A DNA stretch of 21,538 nucleotides from a virus (taxonomy: Duplodnaviria > Heunggongvirae > Uroviricota > Caudoviricetes): IMG/VR virus record IMGVR_UViG_2740892229_000015; one strand, written 5' to 3'. Of this stretch, positions 1-7,700 are shown piece after piece. The translations under genes and the position numbers were made by a program. Numbering within the stretch: position 1 is the stretch's first letter; every line of letters begins with the position of its first letter. Below the pieces are notes generated by a model. That model ran no database searches. It saw only the letters and a list, made by a program, of their open reading frames with translations, and was not told where the DNA came from.

Positions 1-92
1 CGACATCGAATTTCTCCCGTGTACAGGAACAGAGTTAAAAAGCCGGAACCGGAATCAAATTACAGGATGGCCATCTGCCAGTGGCTGGTCGT

Positions 93-119
93 AAAAAAAA
101 GGCCGCGCCATGCGCAGCC
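93..119 (-). terminator. Candidate Rho-independent terminator on the minus strand: GC hairpin (revcomp of 101-119, ggctgcgc/gcgcggcc arms) followed by a run of 8 U (93-100)
   Basis: Hairpin plus T-run read directly; a near-identical copy of the flanking sequence recurs at 192-272 across an N run. Confidence 0.35.
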
Positions 120-272
120 GAAAATAAAGGGATAACGATGATAGTTTGAGAAAAACAGAAATAACACTTTTGTGGCAAAGCNNNNNNNNNNGGCCACGCC
201 ATGCGCAGCCGGAAATAAAGGGATAACGATGATAGTTTGAGAAAAACAGAAACAACACTTTTGTGGCAAAGC
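100..272. repeat. Two near-identical copies of an ~80-bp sequence (100-181 and 192-272) flanking an N run; most likely overlapping contig ends or repeat variants
   Basis: Direct comparison: ggcc(g/a)cgccatgcgcagcc(g)gaaataaagggataacgatgatagtttgagaaaaacagaaa(t/c)aacacttttgtggcaaagc. Confidence 0.6.
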
Positions 273-458
273 ATGGTGCCGGGTGCCTCCCGGTGAATTC
301 AGTATCAGCACCTGAATCCGCGATTATCCCATATACCTGGTTGCTGATCGCCCCTCCGCACAGGGGGATTCACCATGCAGAAGTGTTTTTAATAAACAGC
401 AAACAAAAAAATCAANNNNNNNNNNAGTAGTATTTTTAATAAACAGTAAACAAAAAAA

Positions 459-626
459 TCAAGCATTATGCAGGCTGTTTCTTTTTATCACCGGCCACAG
501 CAATACCACAATGCCGCAGACCAGCACCCCATCCGCCAGCACCGACATGATTCTGCTGGTGAAATCCACCATCACCACCAGAAACAGCAGGAGTGCAGCC
601 ACAGCCAGGCGCAGTTTTACCGTCAC
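459..626 (-). CDS. Small hydrophobic protein (55 aa, GTG start; VTVKLRLAVAALLLFLVVMVDFTSRIMSVLADGVLVCGIVVLLWPVIKRNSLHNA), predicted two-helix membrane peptide
   Basis: Hand translation of the minus strand; GGAG 8 nt upstream of GTG; GTG overlaps the TGA stop of the upstream TerB-like gene (GTGA coupling); below the 60-aa ORF-track cutoff. Confidence 0.35.
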   Translation of the reverse strand: MTVKLRLAVAALLLFLVVMVDFTSRIMSVLADGVLVCGIVVLLWPVIKRNSLHNA

Positions 627-1054
627 AGGTGATTCTCCAGACGAAGACCCAGAACACCGGCAATCTCTTCCAGCACCTTGCGCTCTTCCGGCTCAATTTC
701 GCCGTCTGCCTCCGCAATGGCCACCGCCACATCCAGCACATCTTCCGCTTCACGCGTATCGTGTTTCACATCCTCAATCTCGCGTAACGCGGCACGACGA
801 CCAATTTTAAAATTGGTATCCAGCTGACCGATAATAGTTGCGCTAATCGCATTAATTTCCGAGGTAAACGCAGACAACGCAGGCTGATTACGTAAGACCT
901 GTTCGATCTTCGCTTTCTCGGATGCCTCGCATTCACCATCTGCATAGGCCACCAGGTATGCAGCGTTAATCACCGCCTGTGCCAGATCGCGTTTCTCAAA
1001 CTTTTTAATTTCCGCTGCCGCTCTGCGGGTTTTCTTTTTGAAGATTCCAAACAT
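623..1054 (-). CDS. TerB-family (tellurite-resistance TerB-like) protein, 143 aa; start taken at MFGIFKKK rather than the longest ORF start at 1126
   Basis: ORF track 623..1126; AAGGAA RBS 7 nt upstream of the internal ATG at 1054; C-terminal VAIAEADGEIEPEERKVLEEIAGVLGL resembles the TerB signature (recalled from E. coli TerB). Confidence 0.6.
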   Translation of the reverse strand: MFGIFKKKTRRAAAEIKKFEKRDLAQAVINAAYLVAYADGECEASEKAKIEQVLRNQPALSAFTSEINAISATIIGQLDTNFKIGRRAALREIEDVKHDTREAEDVLDVAVAIAEADGEIEPEERKVLEEIAGVLGLRLENHL

Positions 1055-1186
1055 CGTGACGTTCCTTTGGGTGGGTGAGCCAACGCCCGGGAGCGATCTG
1101 CCCACAGAGAAAGTCACACTGACCACTCCGTAAGCTCACCCCCGAAAGGCTCTGTGGTTGATATGCGCCGGGCGTGGCGCAGATAC

Positions 1187-1210
1187 AAAAAAGGCCCGCC
1201 GAAGCGAGCC
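1187..1210 (-). terminator. Candidate Rho-independent terminator just 3' of tRNA-Arg(TCT): hairpin ggcucgc-uucg-gcgggcc followed by UUUUUU on the minus strand
   Basis: Read directly from the sequence. Confidence 0.4.
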
Positions 1211-1223
1211 TGGAAAATAAGTG

Positions 1224-1300
1224 TGGCGCGTTGTAGTGGAGTCGAACCACTGACCGATTGCTTAGAAGGCAATTGCTCTGTCCGGCTGAGCTAACAACGC
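1224..1300 (-). tRNA. tRNA-Arg, anticodon TCT (77 nt, CCA encoded), phage-type rare-codon tRNA
   Basis: Hand-folded cloverleaf: acceptor GCGTTGT/ACAACGC, anticodon loop CTTCTAA, T-loop TTCGACT, 3' GCCA. Confidence 0.8.
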
Positions 1301-1313
1301 AGAATTCCGATAA

Positions 1314-1332
1314 TGGACCGCCATCGGGGACC
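1314..1332 (-). other. About 19-nt remnant of the 3' end of tRNA-Arg(TCG) (tggaccgccatcggggac), diverging from the intact gene afterwards; a similar remnant lies at 1413-1430 in the next piece
   Basis: Identical to the 3' end of the intact tRNA at 1525-1543, then unrelated sequence. Confidence 0.55.
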
Positions 1333-1495
1333 CGCCCCATAAGCGCTAACTTAAGGGTTGTGGTATTACGCCTGATATGATTTAACGTGCCGATNNNNNN
1401 NNNNACCGATAATGGACCGCCATCGGGGACCCGCCCCCGCACCAACAACCCTGTTATGGTGTCGTCTGCTCTTCCTGATAAGCTANNNNNNNNNN

Positions 1496-1511
1496 ACTGA
1501 GCTAACAACGC
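1496..1511 (-). other. 5' fragment of a tRNA-Arg(TCT) copy truncated at the contig start
   Basis: actgagctaacaacgc matches 1285-1300 of the intact tRNA-Arg(TCT). Confidence 0.6.
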
Positions 1512-1524
1512 ATGATGCTGATAA

Positions 1525-1601
1525 TGGACCGCCATCGGGGACTTGAACCCCGCGCAGCCAGCTTCGAAGGCTGGCGCTCTGTCCCGATGAGCTAATGGCG
1601 G
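1525..1601 (-). tRNA. tRNA-Arg, anticodon TCG as folded by hand (77 nt, CCA encoded)
   Basis: Acceptor CCGCCAT/ATGGCGG, anticodon stem CCAGC/GCTGG, loop CTTCGAA, T-loop TTCAAGT; anticodon call depends on my manual fold. Confidence 0.65.
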
Positions 1602-1610
1602 TATGTGATA

Positions 1611-1686
1611 TGGTGGCCCTTGCTGGATTTGAACCAGCGACCTGGCGATTATGAGTCGCTCGCTCTCACCACTGAGCTAAAGGGCC
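1611..1686 (-). tRNA. tRNA with anticodon CAT (76 nt); sequence and context fit the phage ileZ-type tRNA-Ile2 (lysidine) rather than tRNA-Met
   Basis: Cloverleaf: acceptor GGCCCTT/AAGGGCC, anticodon loop CTCATAA, T-loop TTCAAAT, 3' ACCA; sits downstream of Q like the ileZ-argN-argO cluster of Stx-type phages. Confidence 0.75.
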
Positions 1687-1825
1687 GGGAGCAGAATAAT
1701 AACGGTCCGTAATTAATTCCGCAATAAAAAACCCGCTCAATGGCGGGTTCTGGTAAAGTTCATGCGTTTGGTTCGCCTCGCGATACAGCTTTGCGAAGCT
1801 TACCGGAATTGAAGCAGTTTTTACG

Positions 1826-2380
1826 TCAAAAAGCAATAACTTTTTTCTCTATACCAAAAGCCATAACCATTGGTTTGTACAAAATAAATTCTGCCACCTT
1901 TAGCCAATGCTCAATGCGTCTTTCACAGGTTCTTAAACTCCATTCCGGATGTGCATCATTCAGCAGTTCAGCCATTTTGCGCTTAGTCATCCCCCGCCCC
2001 ACATAACGCTGACTCAGAACATTGAGCAGCCCGGGATAACCTGCCAGTACTTCACCAATAACCCTGTCGATTATTAACGCCTCTGAATCGGTACAATGCA
2101 CCAGCCAGCTTTTTTGCTTGCCGTTGATCATATCCCGCAAAAAAGCCTCAAGTTTAGGTTTGTCCAGACCTGCTTTTTTCATCCTCCGGAGCGCCTCGTT
2201 AATTGCCGTTTTTGTCAGCTTTTTAGAGGTCAGCAACTGGTTGAACATATTTCCCGTCTTACCGCCGCCAATATACGACCAGCGCCCCCACATACGTAGT
2301 TTCCCCTGAATCCAGACACTTTCCAGCGTGGTGAGACGAAGGTGCTCTCCGCTTTTTCCTGTGTTCGTTGGGTAAATCAT
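1826..2380 (-). CDS. Lambdoid late-gene antiterminator Q-like protein (184 aa from MIYPTNTGK)
   Basis: ORF track 1826..2500; internal ATG at 2380 has a GGAGAAAGGA RBS and overlaps the upstream stop (ATGA); position between nin-region genes and the tRNA cluster. Confidence 0.55.
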   Translation of the reverse strand: MIYPTNTGKSGEHLRLTTLESVWIQGKLRMWGRWSYIGGGKTGNMFNQLLTSKKLTKTAINEALRRMKKAGLDKPKLEAFLRDMINGKQKSWLVHCTDSEALIIDRVIGEVLAGYPGLLNVLSQRYVGRGMTKRKMAELLNDAHPEWSLRTCERRIEHWLKVAEFILYKPMVMAFGIEKKVIAF

Positions 2381-2667
2381 AAATAACCGTCCTTTCTCCA
2401 GATCTCTTGTGTGCGAAAAACACCTTCTGCATGCATCAGGCGCAATTCTTCTTTGGTGTAATCGCTGGTTTTTACTCTCCCGTCGATTAAATCGTGGCAT
2501 GAGTTACAGGCAATCGCTGCCTGCATATCGTGTGGCTTTATCGCTGTTCCGCACGTTCCCGCCAGCCTGTAATGCGCCAGCACAGAGGTTTCGGGATTGT
2601 GATTGCAGTAGCCAGGGATTCTGATCTGGCATATCTGGCCTTTAGCCGCTTTACGTAAATTCACCAT
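2377..2667 (-). CDS. YbcO-like (DUF1364) Cys-rich lambdoid nin-region protein, putative nuclease, 96 aa
   Basis: ORF track; cysteine pattern CQIRIPGYC...ACNSCHD recalled as YbcO-like; start overlaps the upstream stop (TAATG). Confidence 0.65.
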   Translation of the reverse strand: MVNLRKAAKGQICQIRIPGYCNHNPETSVLAHYRLAGTCGTAIKPHDMQAAIACNSCHDLIDGRVKTSDYTKEELRLMHAEGVFRTQEIWRKDGYL

Positions 2668-3266
2668 TACGCAAACTCCAGTAGTTGTGCGGCCACATTT
2701 TCAACTTCCTCCTGAGAGGAGAATTTACGGAACAGAATCCAGTTCCACAGCACATTCAGTACAGATTTATAAACCTGCTGAAACTCGACTTCGTCCATAT
2801 TCGCAAAAGCGATGGATTTTGCCCGACGCCCACGGCTACCGTCCGGATAAATATGCTCGGTGTAAAATCCGGCCTGAATGGTTACCCACTCGCGGAAAGC
2901 CTCAAACGACTTTAGCAACGCCGTATCCCGGGTTCTACGAGTCGCAACGGTGTTAAGGTATTGCTCTGCGGCATCACTCAGGGCTGGCGTGTGTTCCCGA
3001 CCAACTGATTCGCACAGGTAATCAACGAAACCAGACAGCAGTTCTCGTTCGCGAGGCGTGATCGCCCCACCGACCGGAGTCCAGTAATCGAATCCCAGTT
3101 GCAGGAGTTTGAAAAAACGCTTGTGGAATGCGTAGTTACGCACACGCTTAAAATCTGCGTGTATCCACTCACCTATTTTGATTTGATGCAGAAAATCGCA
3201 ACTCTCCGGCGTCGCCGGGAGAAGTAAACCAGAAGAAGTTTGTTTGACCAGTTGTATATGCGCCAT
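2667..3266 (-). CDS. Conserved lambdoid nin-region protein of unknown function (199 aa; possibly DUF1367-like)
   Basis: ORF track; tightly coupled to the YbcO-like gene; family assignment is from memory only. Confidence 0.5.
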   Translation of the reverse strand: MAHIQLVKQTSSGLLLPATPESCDFLHQIKIGEWIHADFKRVRNYAFHKRFFKLLQLGFDYWTPVGGAITPRERELLSGFVDYLCESVGREHTPALSDAAEQYLNTVATRRTRDTALLKSFEAFREWVTIQAGFYTEHIYPDGSRGRRAKSIAFANMDEVEFQQVYKSVLNVLWNWILFRKFSSQEEVENVAAQLLEFA

Positions 3267-3685
3267 TTCTCAATCTCTCGATGGCGCAGTGCAGCAGATG
3301 CCAGTTGTTCAAGCTAGCACGCAAATTGTAAACCAGAATGCCAGGAAAAAACAAAACCCGCCGAAGCTGGTTGTGTGCGGTTGCGTTGAAGTCTCCTAGC
3401 CAAAGAGTAGCGGTGACCACTCCCCGCCGATAATCTTAGTTGTTTAATTTCGTAAGCTAACTAGGCTAAAAGCTCTCTGTTGTCTGCCTGTTGTACAATT
3501 AACAAAATGAACAACGAACTAGATATACCAACGCCAGAATGGTGCAACAAATCCCAAACAACACAGCAATGCAACAATAACATATGTTATTTTCCTCTCA
3601 CGGGATTCAGTCCTGAATTCTCATAAAGCTAATCTTTTTTTAAAAACATACTGTTAGATCACATGCACTTTCTTTCTTAACATCG

Positions 3686-3713
3686 TTGACTTCGCATGCG
3701 AAGCGTTTAAAAT
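3686..3713 (+). promoter_or_regulatory. Candidate sigma70 promoter TTGACT-N16-TAAAAT with a perfect 14-bp palindrome cttcgcatgcgaag (3690-3703) in the spacer; about 50 bp upstream of the GHKL ATPase gene
   Basis: Hexamers and palindrome read directly. Confidence 0.4.
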
Positions 3714-3765
3714 CAACAATTTGCACTTAAGGTATTTATTTTCCCAAACACATAGAGAGTAAATT

Positions 3766-5157
3766 ATGACTGAGAACACGACTCCAACAGCAGACTTTAG
3801 TCCTAGTAAAAGATTTTTTGTAAGTATGCTAACTCGAGATATCGACTTAAACGATGCCATACTTGATCTGCTTGATAACTGCGTCGATGGGGCTTTACGT
3901 ACAATAAAAGACACAAAAAAAACTTCAAAACCATATGAAGGATTTTATGCGAAACTTACGATTAATAAAGATGTCTTTATTATAGAAGACAATTGCGGAG
4001 GTATCCCTAAAAGCTTCCGAGAATATGCTTTTAAAATGGGACGACCCCATCAAAAAGAAGAAGAAAATGAAGGCACCGTTGGCGTCTATGGTATTGGTAT
4101 GAAAAGAGCCATTTTTAAAATGGGTAGAGATTGCTCAATACAATCGAATAATCCCGATGGCGCATTCACTGTAGATATAACACCTGATTGGATCGATGGT
4201 GATGGTTGGAAAATACCGATGCACGAGAGTGACTATGATAACAAAAATCCAACAGGCACAACTATAGAGATAAAAAAACTCCATTCTAATGTGGCACAAA
4301 AATTTAATGAGAGCACATATCTTACTGATCTCTTTTTACAGATAAAACACTCATTGTCATTTATTATTCAAAAAGGATTTAAAATAGAATTAAATGGAGT
4401 TGTTGTTGAACATAATCCGATTAACATCATAACTGATCATTCTAAAATAGAACCATACATATATAAAGCTAAAATAGACGATGTTGATATCGATTTAGTT
4501 GTTGGCTTCTATAAAAATTTAGAAGATGACAATGATGATGTTTTAGAAAAAAGGAGTTCTGATGATGCTGGATGGACTGTCATTTGCAATGACCGCGTTG
4601 TTCTATATTGTGATAAGACACATCTCACAGGTTGGGGCTTTGCTAATGTACCAAGGTTTCATACCCAATTTATAGCAATTTCTGGGGTTGTTCGCTTTAC
4701 CAGTAAAAACCCAGAAAAATTACCAATAACAACAACGAAACGAGGTGTCGATCTTAGTTCTACATTGTACAATGATGTACGAAATAAAATGATTGAAGGG
4801 ATGATGCATTTTATTCGATTCACCAATCAGTGGAAAGGTGAGCATCTTGAAGAAGGGAAAAAATTACTTAAGTCAGCTCAGTCACATGAAGCTCAATCTT
4901 TATTTGAAATTACCCCACAATCAACTCCAGAAGATAAAAAAAATAACTGGTCCAACCCTAATAGAAACAAAAATGAGTGGCGATATACACCTAAGCTGCC
5001 TACCCCAGTAAAAAAAAGCTCTACTGTACGAATAATCTTCACCAGAGAGAAAGAAGATGTTAAAATTTTATCTAAATATTTCTTTGGACATGAAGATGCT
5101 AGCGCTTCTGATGTGGGGATGCAATGCTTTGATACGGTGATTGAAGAGGTGAAGTGA
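3766..5157 (+). CDS. GHKL-superfamily ATPase, MutL/MORC-like (463 aa)
   Basis: ORF track; Bergerat-fold motifs in order: N-box DLLDNCVDGA, G1 IEDNCGGI, G2 GVYGIGMKRA; GAGAG RBS; AT-rich codon usage unlike the flanking prophage genes. Confidence 0.85.
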   Translation: MTENTTPTADFSPSKRFFVSMLTRDIDLNDAILDLLDNCVDGALRTIKDTKKTSKPYEGFYAKLTINKDVFIIEDNCGGIPKSFREYAFKMGRPHQKEEENEGTVGVYGIGMKRAIFKMGRDCSIQSNNPDGAFTVDITPDWIDGDGWKIPMHESDYDNKNPTGTTIEIKKLHSNVAQKFNESTYLTDLFLQIKHSLSFIIQKGFKIELNGVVVEHNPINIITDHSKIEPYIYKAKIDDVDIDLVVGFYKNLEDDNDDVLEKRSSDDAGWTVICNDRVVLYCDKTHLTGWGFANVPRFHTQFIAISGVVRFTSKNPEKLPITTTKRGVDLSSTLYNDVRNKMIEGMMHFIRFTNQWKGEHLEEGKKLLKSAQSHEAQSLFEITPQSTPEDKKNNWSNPNRNKNEWRYTPKLPTPVKKSSTVRIIFTREKEDVKILSKYFFGHEDASASDVGMQCFDTVIEEVK

Positions 5158-6146
5158 TGTCTGGACAATACATTCCCTATCACTTAAGGCATAATAAGTC
5201 TATTGATAGAGAGATTTTTCTCGAAAGCCTAAACCTCTTAAGCAAAAGACTAAATATTCAAGAATATACATATATAGGTTTTGGTGGTCCGATGCTTGAA
5301 GATTTTAGAATCATGCATAATCGTATCGCTCTTTCTGATATGATTTCTCTCGAAGAACAAGAGTCTACTCACATCAGACAAAAATATAATTTGCCTTATA
5401 ATTGTATTGATTGTAAGCTAATATCAGCTCATGACTTTATTCTTGATTATAGTTTTTCTAAACCATCAATAACATGGTTAGACTATGCCTCCCCGAAAAA
5501 AATACAAACGGATCTAGATGATATACACTTACTAAGTACTAAAGTAAGCTCTTTTGATATTTTGAAGGTCACCTTCCCCATAAATCCTAGTTCTTATTAC
5601 CAACGTAGAGTTGGAGAAAGTTTAGATATTTTTAAAGAAGCTTTTATTAATTCATTAAAATCATTGCTTGGGAAAAAGTATCTTGATTTTAATCTTCAGA
5701 TATCAAATGCAGATCTTTCAGATCGTAAGATTAAAGCTCTTTTAATACGAATTATTACAAACGCTTTTAGATCAGCAATAGAACGTGGTCTTTCAGGACG
5801 TAAGGATAAGATTCAGTATTACCCATTATCCTTAAATCAATATAATGATGGCAGTCATACCATGTTGACAATATCAGGTTTTTTCTCCTCAGAACAAGAA
5901 TATATAGAGTTATCTAAGGCATGCGACCTTTCTAACTGGCAATTTTATTCAACAAATTGGGAAGACGTGCAAGAAATAGCAATACCAACACTAACAATTA
6001 AAGAAAAGATAAATTTAGATAGTAAACTGCCTGATAAAGAAGCATATCAGGCAGCCGCTGAAGAGTTCTCTTTAAACGAAAATGAACGGGATAACTATTA
6101 TAAATACTATAGGTTATACCCTAACTTCCAAAGAATTATGGTTTAA
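5157..6146 (+). CDS. Protein of unknown function (329 aa), translationally coupled to the GHKL ATPase; possible effector of the cassette
   Basis: ORF track 5154..6146; ATG at 5157 overlaps the ATPase TGA (TGATG); GAGGTG RBS; no motif I can recognise. Confidence 0.75.
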   Translation: MSGQYIPYHLRHNKSIDREIFLESLNLLSKRLNIQEYTYIGFGGPMLEDFRIMHNRIALSDMISLEEQESTHIRQKYNLPYNCIDCKLISAHDFILDYSFSKPSITWLDYASPKKIQTDLDDIHLLSTKVSSFDILKVTFPINPSSYYQRRVGESLDIFKEAFINSLKSLLGKKYLDFNLQISNADLSDRKIKALLIRIITNAFRSAIERGLSGRKDKIQYYPLSLNQYNDGSHTMLTISGFFSSEQEYIELSKACDLSNWQFYSTNWEDVQEIAIPTLTIKEKINLDSKLPDKEAYQAAAEEFSLNENERDNYYKYYRLYPNFQRIMV

Positions 6147-7265
6147 ATATTCGGGCTGTACTCTTTTATTTAATAAATTGTACAGCCCCTTTAATATATA
6201 TTCAGCAACTATTGGTGACACGCTATTTCCTATTTGTCTGAAACTATGCCATTTAGTTACATGAAAGCGAAACCAATCAGGGAAGCCTTGTAATCTAGCA
6301 GCTTCTCTTGGTGTAATCACTCTTGGATGATAAGGGTGGATCGGCCTGACGGCTTGAAAGCTTCCTTTATCTCTAGCGGTTCCCGCCCTTAAAGTCGGGC
6401 AAAAACCATTTGGATCTAATCTTGTAGATCTTGAAATTTTATCAGTTTCCCCAAAAGATAAGGAAGCATAACGCTCTTGGACGATTTTGCTATGTAATGT
6501 TCCGGTACATCCAGATATGATATTATTTTTTAACTTAGCGATCGATTCTGTATCACCAACATTCCGAGGGATCTGCCCCCATAATTTTTCATAAAATCCC
6601 CCTTTTCGATCTTTTTTAATTGTTCGCCAACTCTCAGAGTCTGATTGCCAATTGGCATCGATAATATCTGGTAATCCATACAAAGCATCTTTTACAGTAA
6701 CCGGATCAATCATTTTAGGCATAAATACTTCATCTGAAATATCAAGCTTCAATGATTTTTTTACACCGATAAAAAAATATCTAGTTCGAATAGTTGGAGC
6801 ACCATAATCAGATGCTTTTACCTTGATGGGATCAAGAATATCATAATCACCGCTAACCAAATTAAATGCTTTATTTCTAATGCCAGAATATTTCTCTTGC
6901 ATAATACCTGGAACATTTTCTGCCAAAAAGAATAATGGCTGTAATTCTGATACTAAACGGTAGAAATGCATGTAAAGCTGATTCCTGCTATCATCAGGAT
7001 TCCCCTTGCCTATTGAACTAAATCCTTGGCACGGAGGACCGCCAATAATACCATCTATGGGCATATCGTTTTTAAAAAAACCCTTAATTATTTCTGCATT
7101 TAGTAAAGAAACATCTTCTTGGACGTGCAAACTTCTTGGAAAATTAATTGCGTGAGTATTAATAGCATGTTGATCAATTTCAACTGCCATTTTAACATCA
7201 AATCCAGCACGTGCAGCACCAAGACTTAGACCTCCAACGCCAGAAAACAAATCTATTACATTCAT
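6114..7265 (-). CDS. DNA (cytosine-5)-methyltransferase (383 aa)
   Basis: ORF track; canonical C5-MTase motifs: I FSGVGG, IV GPPCQGFS (catalytic Cys), VI ENV, X QIGNSVSP; 3' end overlaps the convergent 329-aa gene by 33 bp. Confidence 0.9.
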   Translation of the reverse strand: MNVIDLFSGVGGLSLGAARAGFDVKMAVEIDQHAINTHAINFPRSLHVQEDVSLLNAEIIKGFFKNDMPIDGIIGGPPCQGFSSIGKGNPDDSRNQLYMHFYRLVSELQPLFFLAENVPGIMQEKYSGIRNKAFNLVSGDYDILDPIKVKASDYGAPTIRTRYFFIGVKKSLKLDISDEVFMPKMIDPVTVKDALYGLPDIIDANWQSDSESWRTIKKDRKGGFYEKLWGQIPRNVGDTESIAKLKNNIISGCTGTLHSKIVQERYASLSFGETDKISRSTRLDPNGFCPTLRAGTARDKGSFQAVRPIHPYHPRVITPREAARLQGFPDWFRFHVTKWHSFRQIGNSVSPIVAEYILKGLYNLLNKRVQPEYLNHNSLEVRV

Positions 7266-7297
7266 ATAGTTGCAACGTCTCTTATTAGTTTCTATGT

Positions 7298-7306
7298 ATT
7301 ATAACA
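7298..7306 (-). promoter_or_regulatory. Candidate extended -10 promoter (TGTTATAAT on the minus strand) about 30 nt upstream of the methyltransferase ATG
   Basis: Read from the reverse complement of 7298-7306. Confidence 0.35.
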
Positions 7307-7517
7307 CAACTGTTCTTGATGTTTTAACCCCATAAGATAACCTCATAAAGGCTATCCCTTGAAAATACCGGATCGCATAAATTTAATCTTTCAAAACTAC
7401 TTGTCTATTAATCGAGCAATTTAAGGTTGTTTTAGTCATGTCGATACCGACATAGTTAACTAAACCCATTTCATCGTCCAACAAATGGGGGTAATACACT
7501 TTGATTTATAGTCGGGT

Positions 7518-7622
7518 GGGTTTTTCTCTATCTGCCTTTGGTGTTCATGCCCAAGGCAGATAGCCTCAAGCACCCGCAGCAATTCTACTTAACTATCCTT
7601 TTCCCGCAAATCGTTTTTATCC
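7518..7622. repeat. Copy 1 of a ~105-bp conserved element (imperfect palindrome atctgcctttgg...ccaaggcagat plus shared core agcctcaagcacccgcagcaattctacttaact); copy 2 at 8438-8543
   Basis: Direct comparison of the two loci. Confidence 0.6.
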
Positions 7623-7700
7623 CCAGCGGCAAATCGAATACACAACCAGCGCCACCGCCATCGCAATTCCTACCGTTGTGAATGCTTCAGGCCAGGTCAT
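7617..7700 (-). CDS. Small hydrophobic peptide, 27 aa (MTWPEAFTTVGIAMAVALVVYSICRWG)
   Basis: Hand translation; ATG overlaps the TGA of the upstream ORF (ATGA); paralogue of the peptide at 8713-8796. Confidence 0.4.
   Translation of the reverse strand: MTWPEAFTTVGIAMAVALVVYSICRWG

Noticed and set aside
35-311. ORFs 35..274, 55..258 and 60..311 (minus strand)
   Set aside because: All span the N run at 182-191 (X residues) and lie in a non-coding-looking repeat region; artefacts of joining two pieces.
466-810. ORFs 466..753 (-), 511..810 (+), 593..787 (+)
   Set aside because: Overlap the better-supported TerB-like and small membrane peptide frames, have no RBS, and have low-complexity Arg/Trp-rich composition typical of off-frame translation.
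1005-1535. ORF 1005..1535 (-), 176 aa
   Set aside because: Runs through two N runs and across the tRNA genes; not a real coding sequence.
1740-2309. ORFs 1740..2006, 2096..2299, 2118..2309 (+)
   Set aside because: Antisense to the Q-like gene, with no RBS and poor composition.
2409-3420. ORFs 2409..2624, 2685..2915, 2687..2956 (+) and 2978..3172, 3169..3420 (-)
   Set aside because: Antisense or off-frame within the nin-region genes; the in-frame genes have coupled start/stop architecture that these lack.
3654-5183. ORFs 3654..3914 (-) and 4893..5183 (-)
   Set aside because: Antisense to the GHKL ATPase gene; AT-rich sequence gives spurious open frames.
6082-6264. ORF 6082..6264 (+), 60 aa
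   Set aside because: Lies within the methyltransferase coding region on the opposite strand, off-frame to the 329-aa gene.
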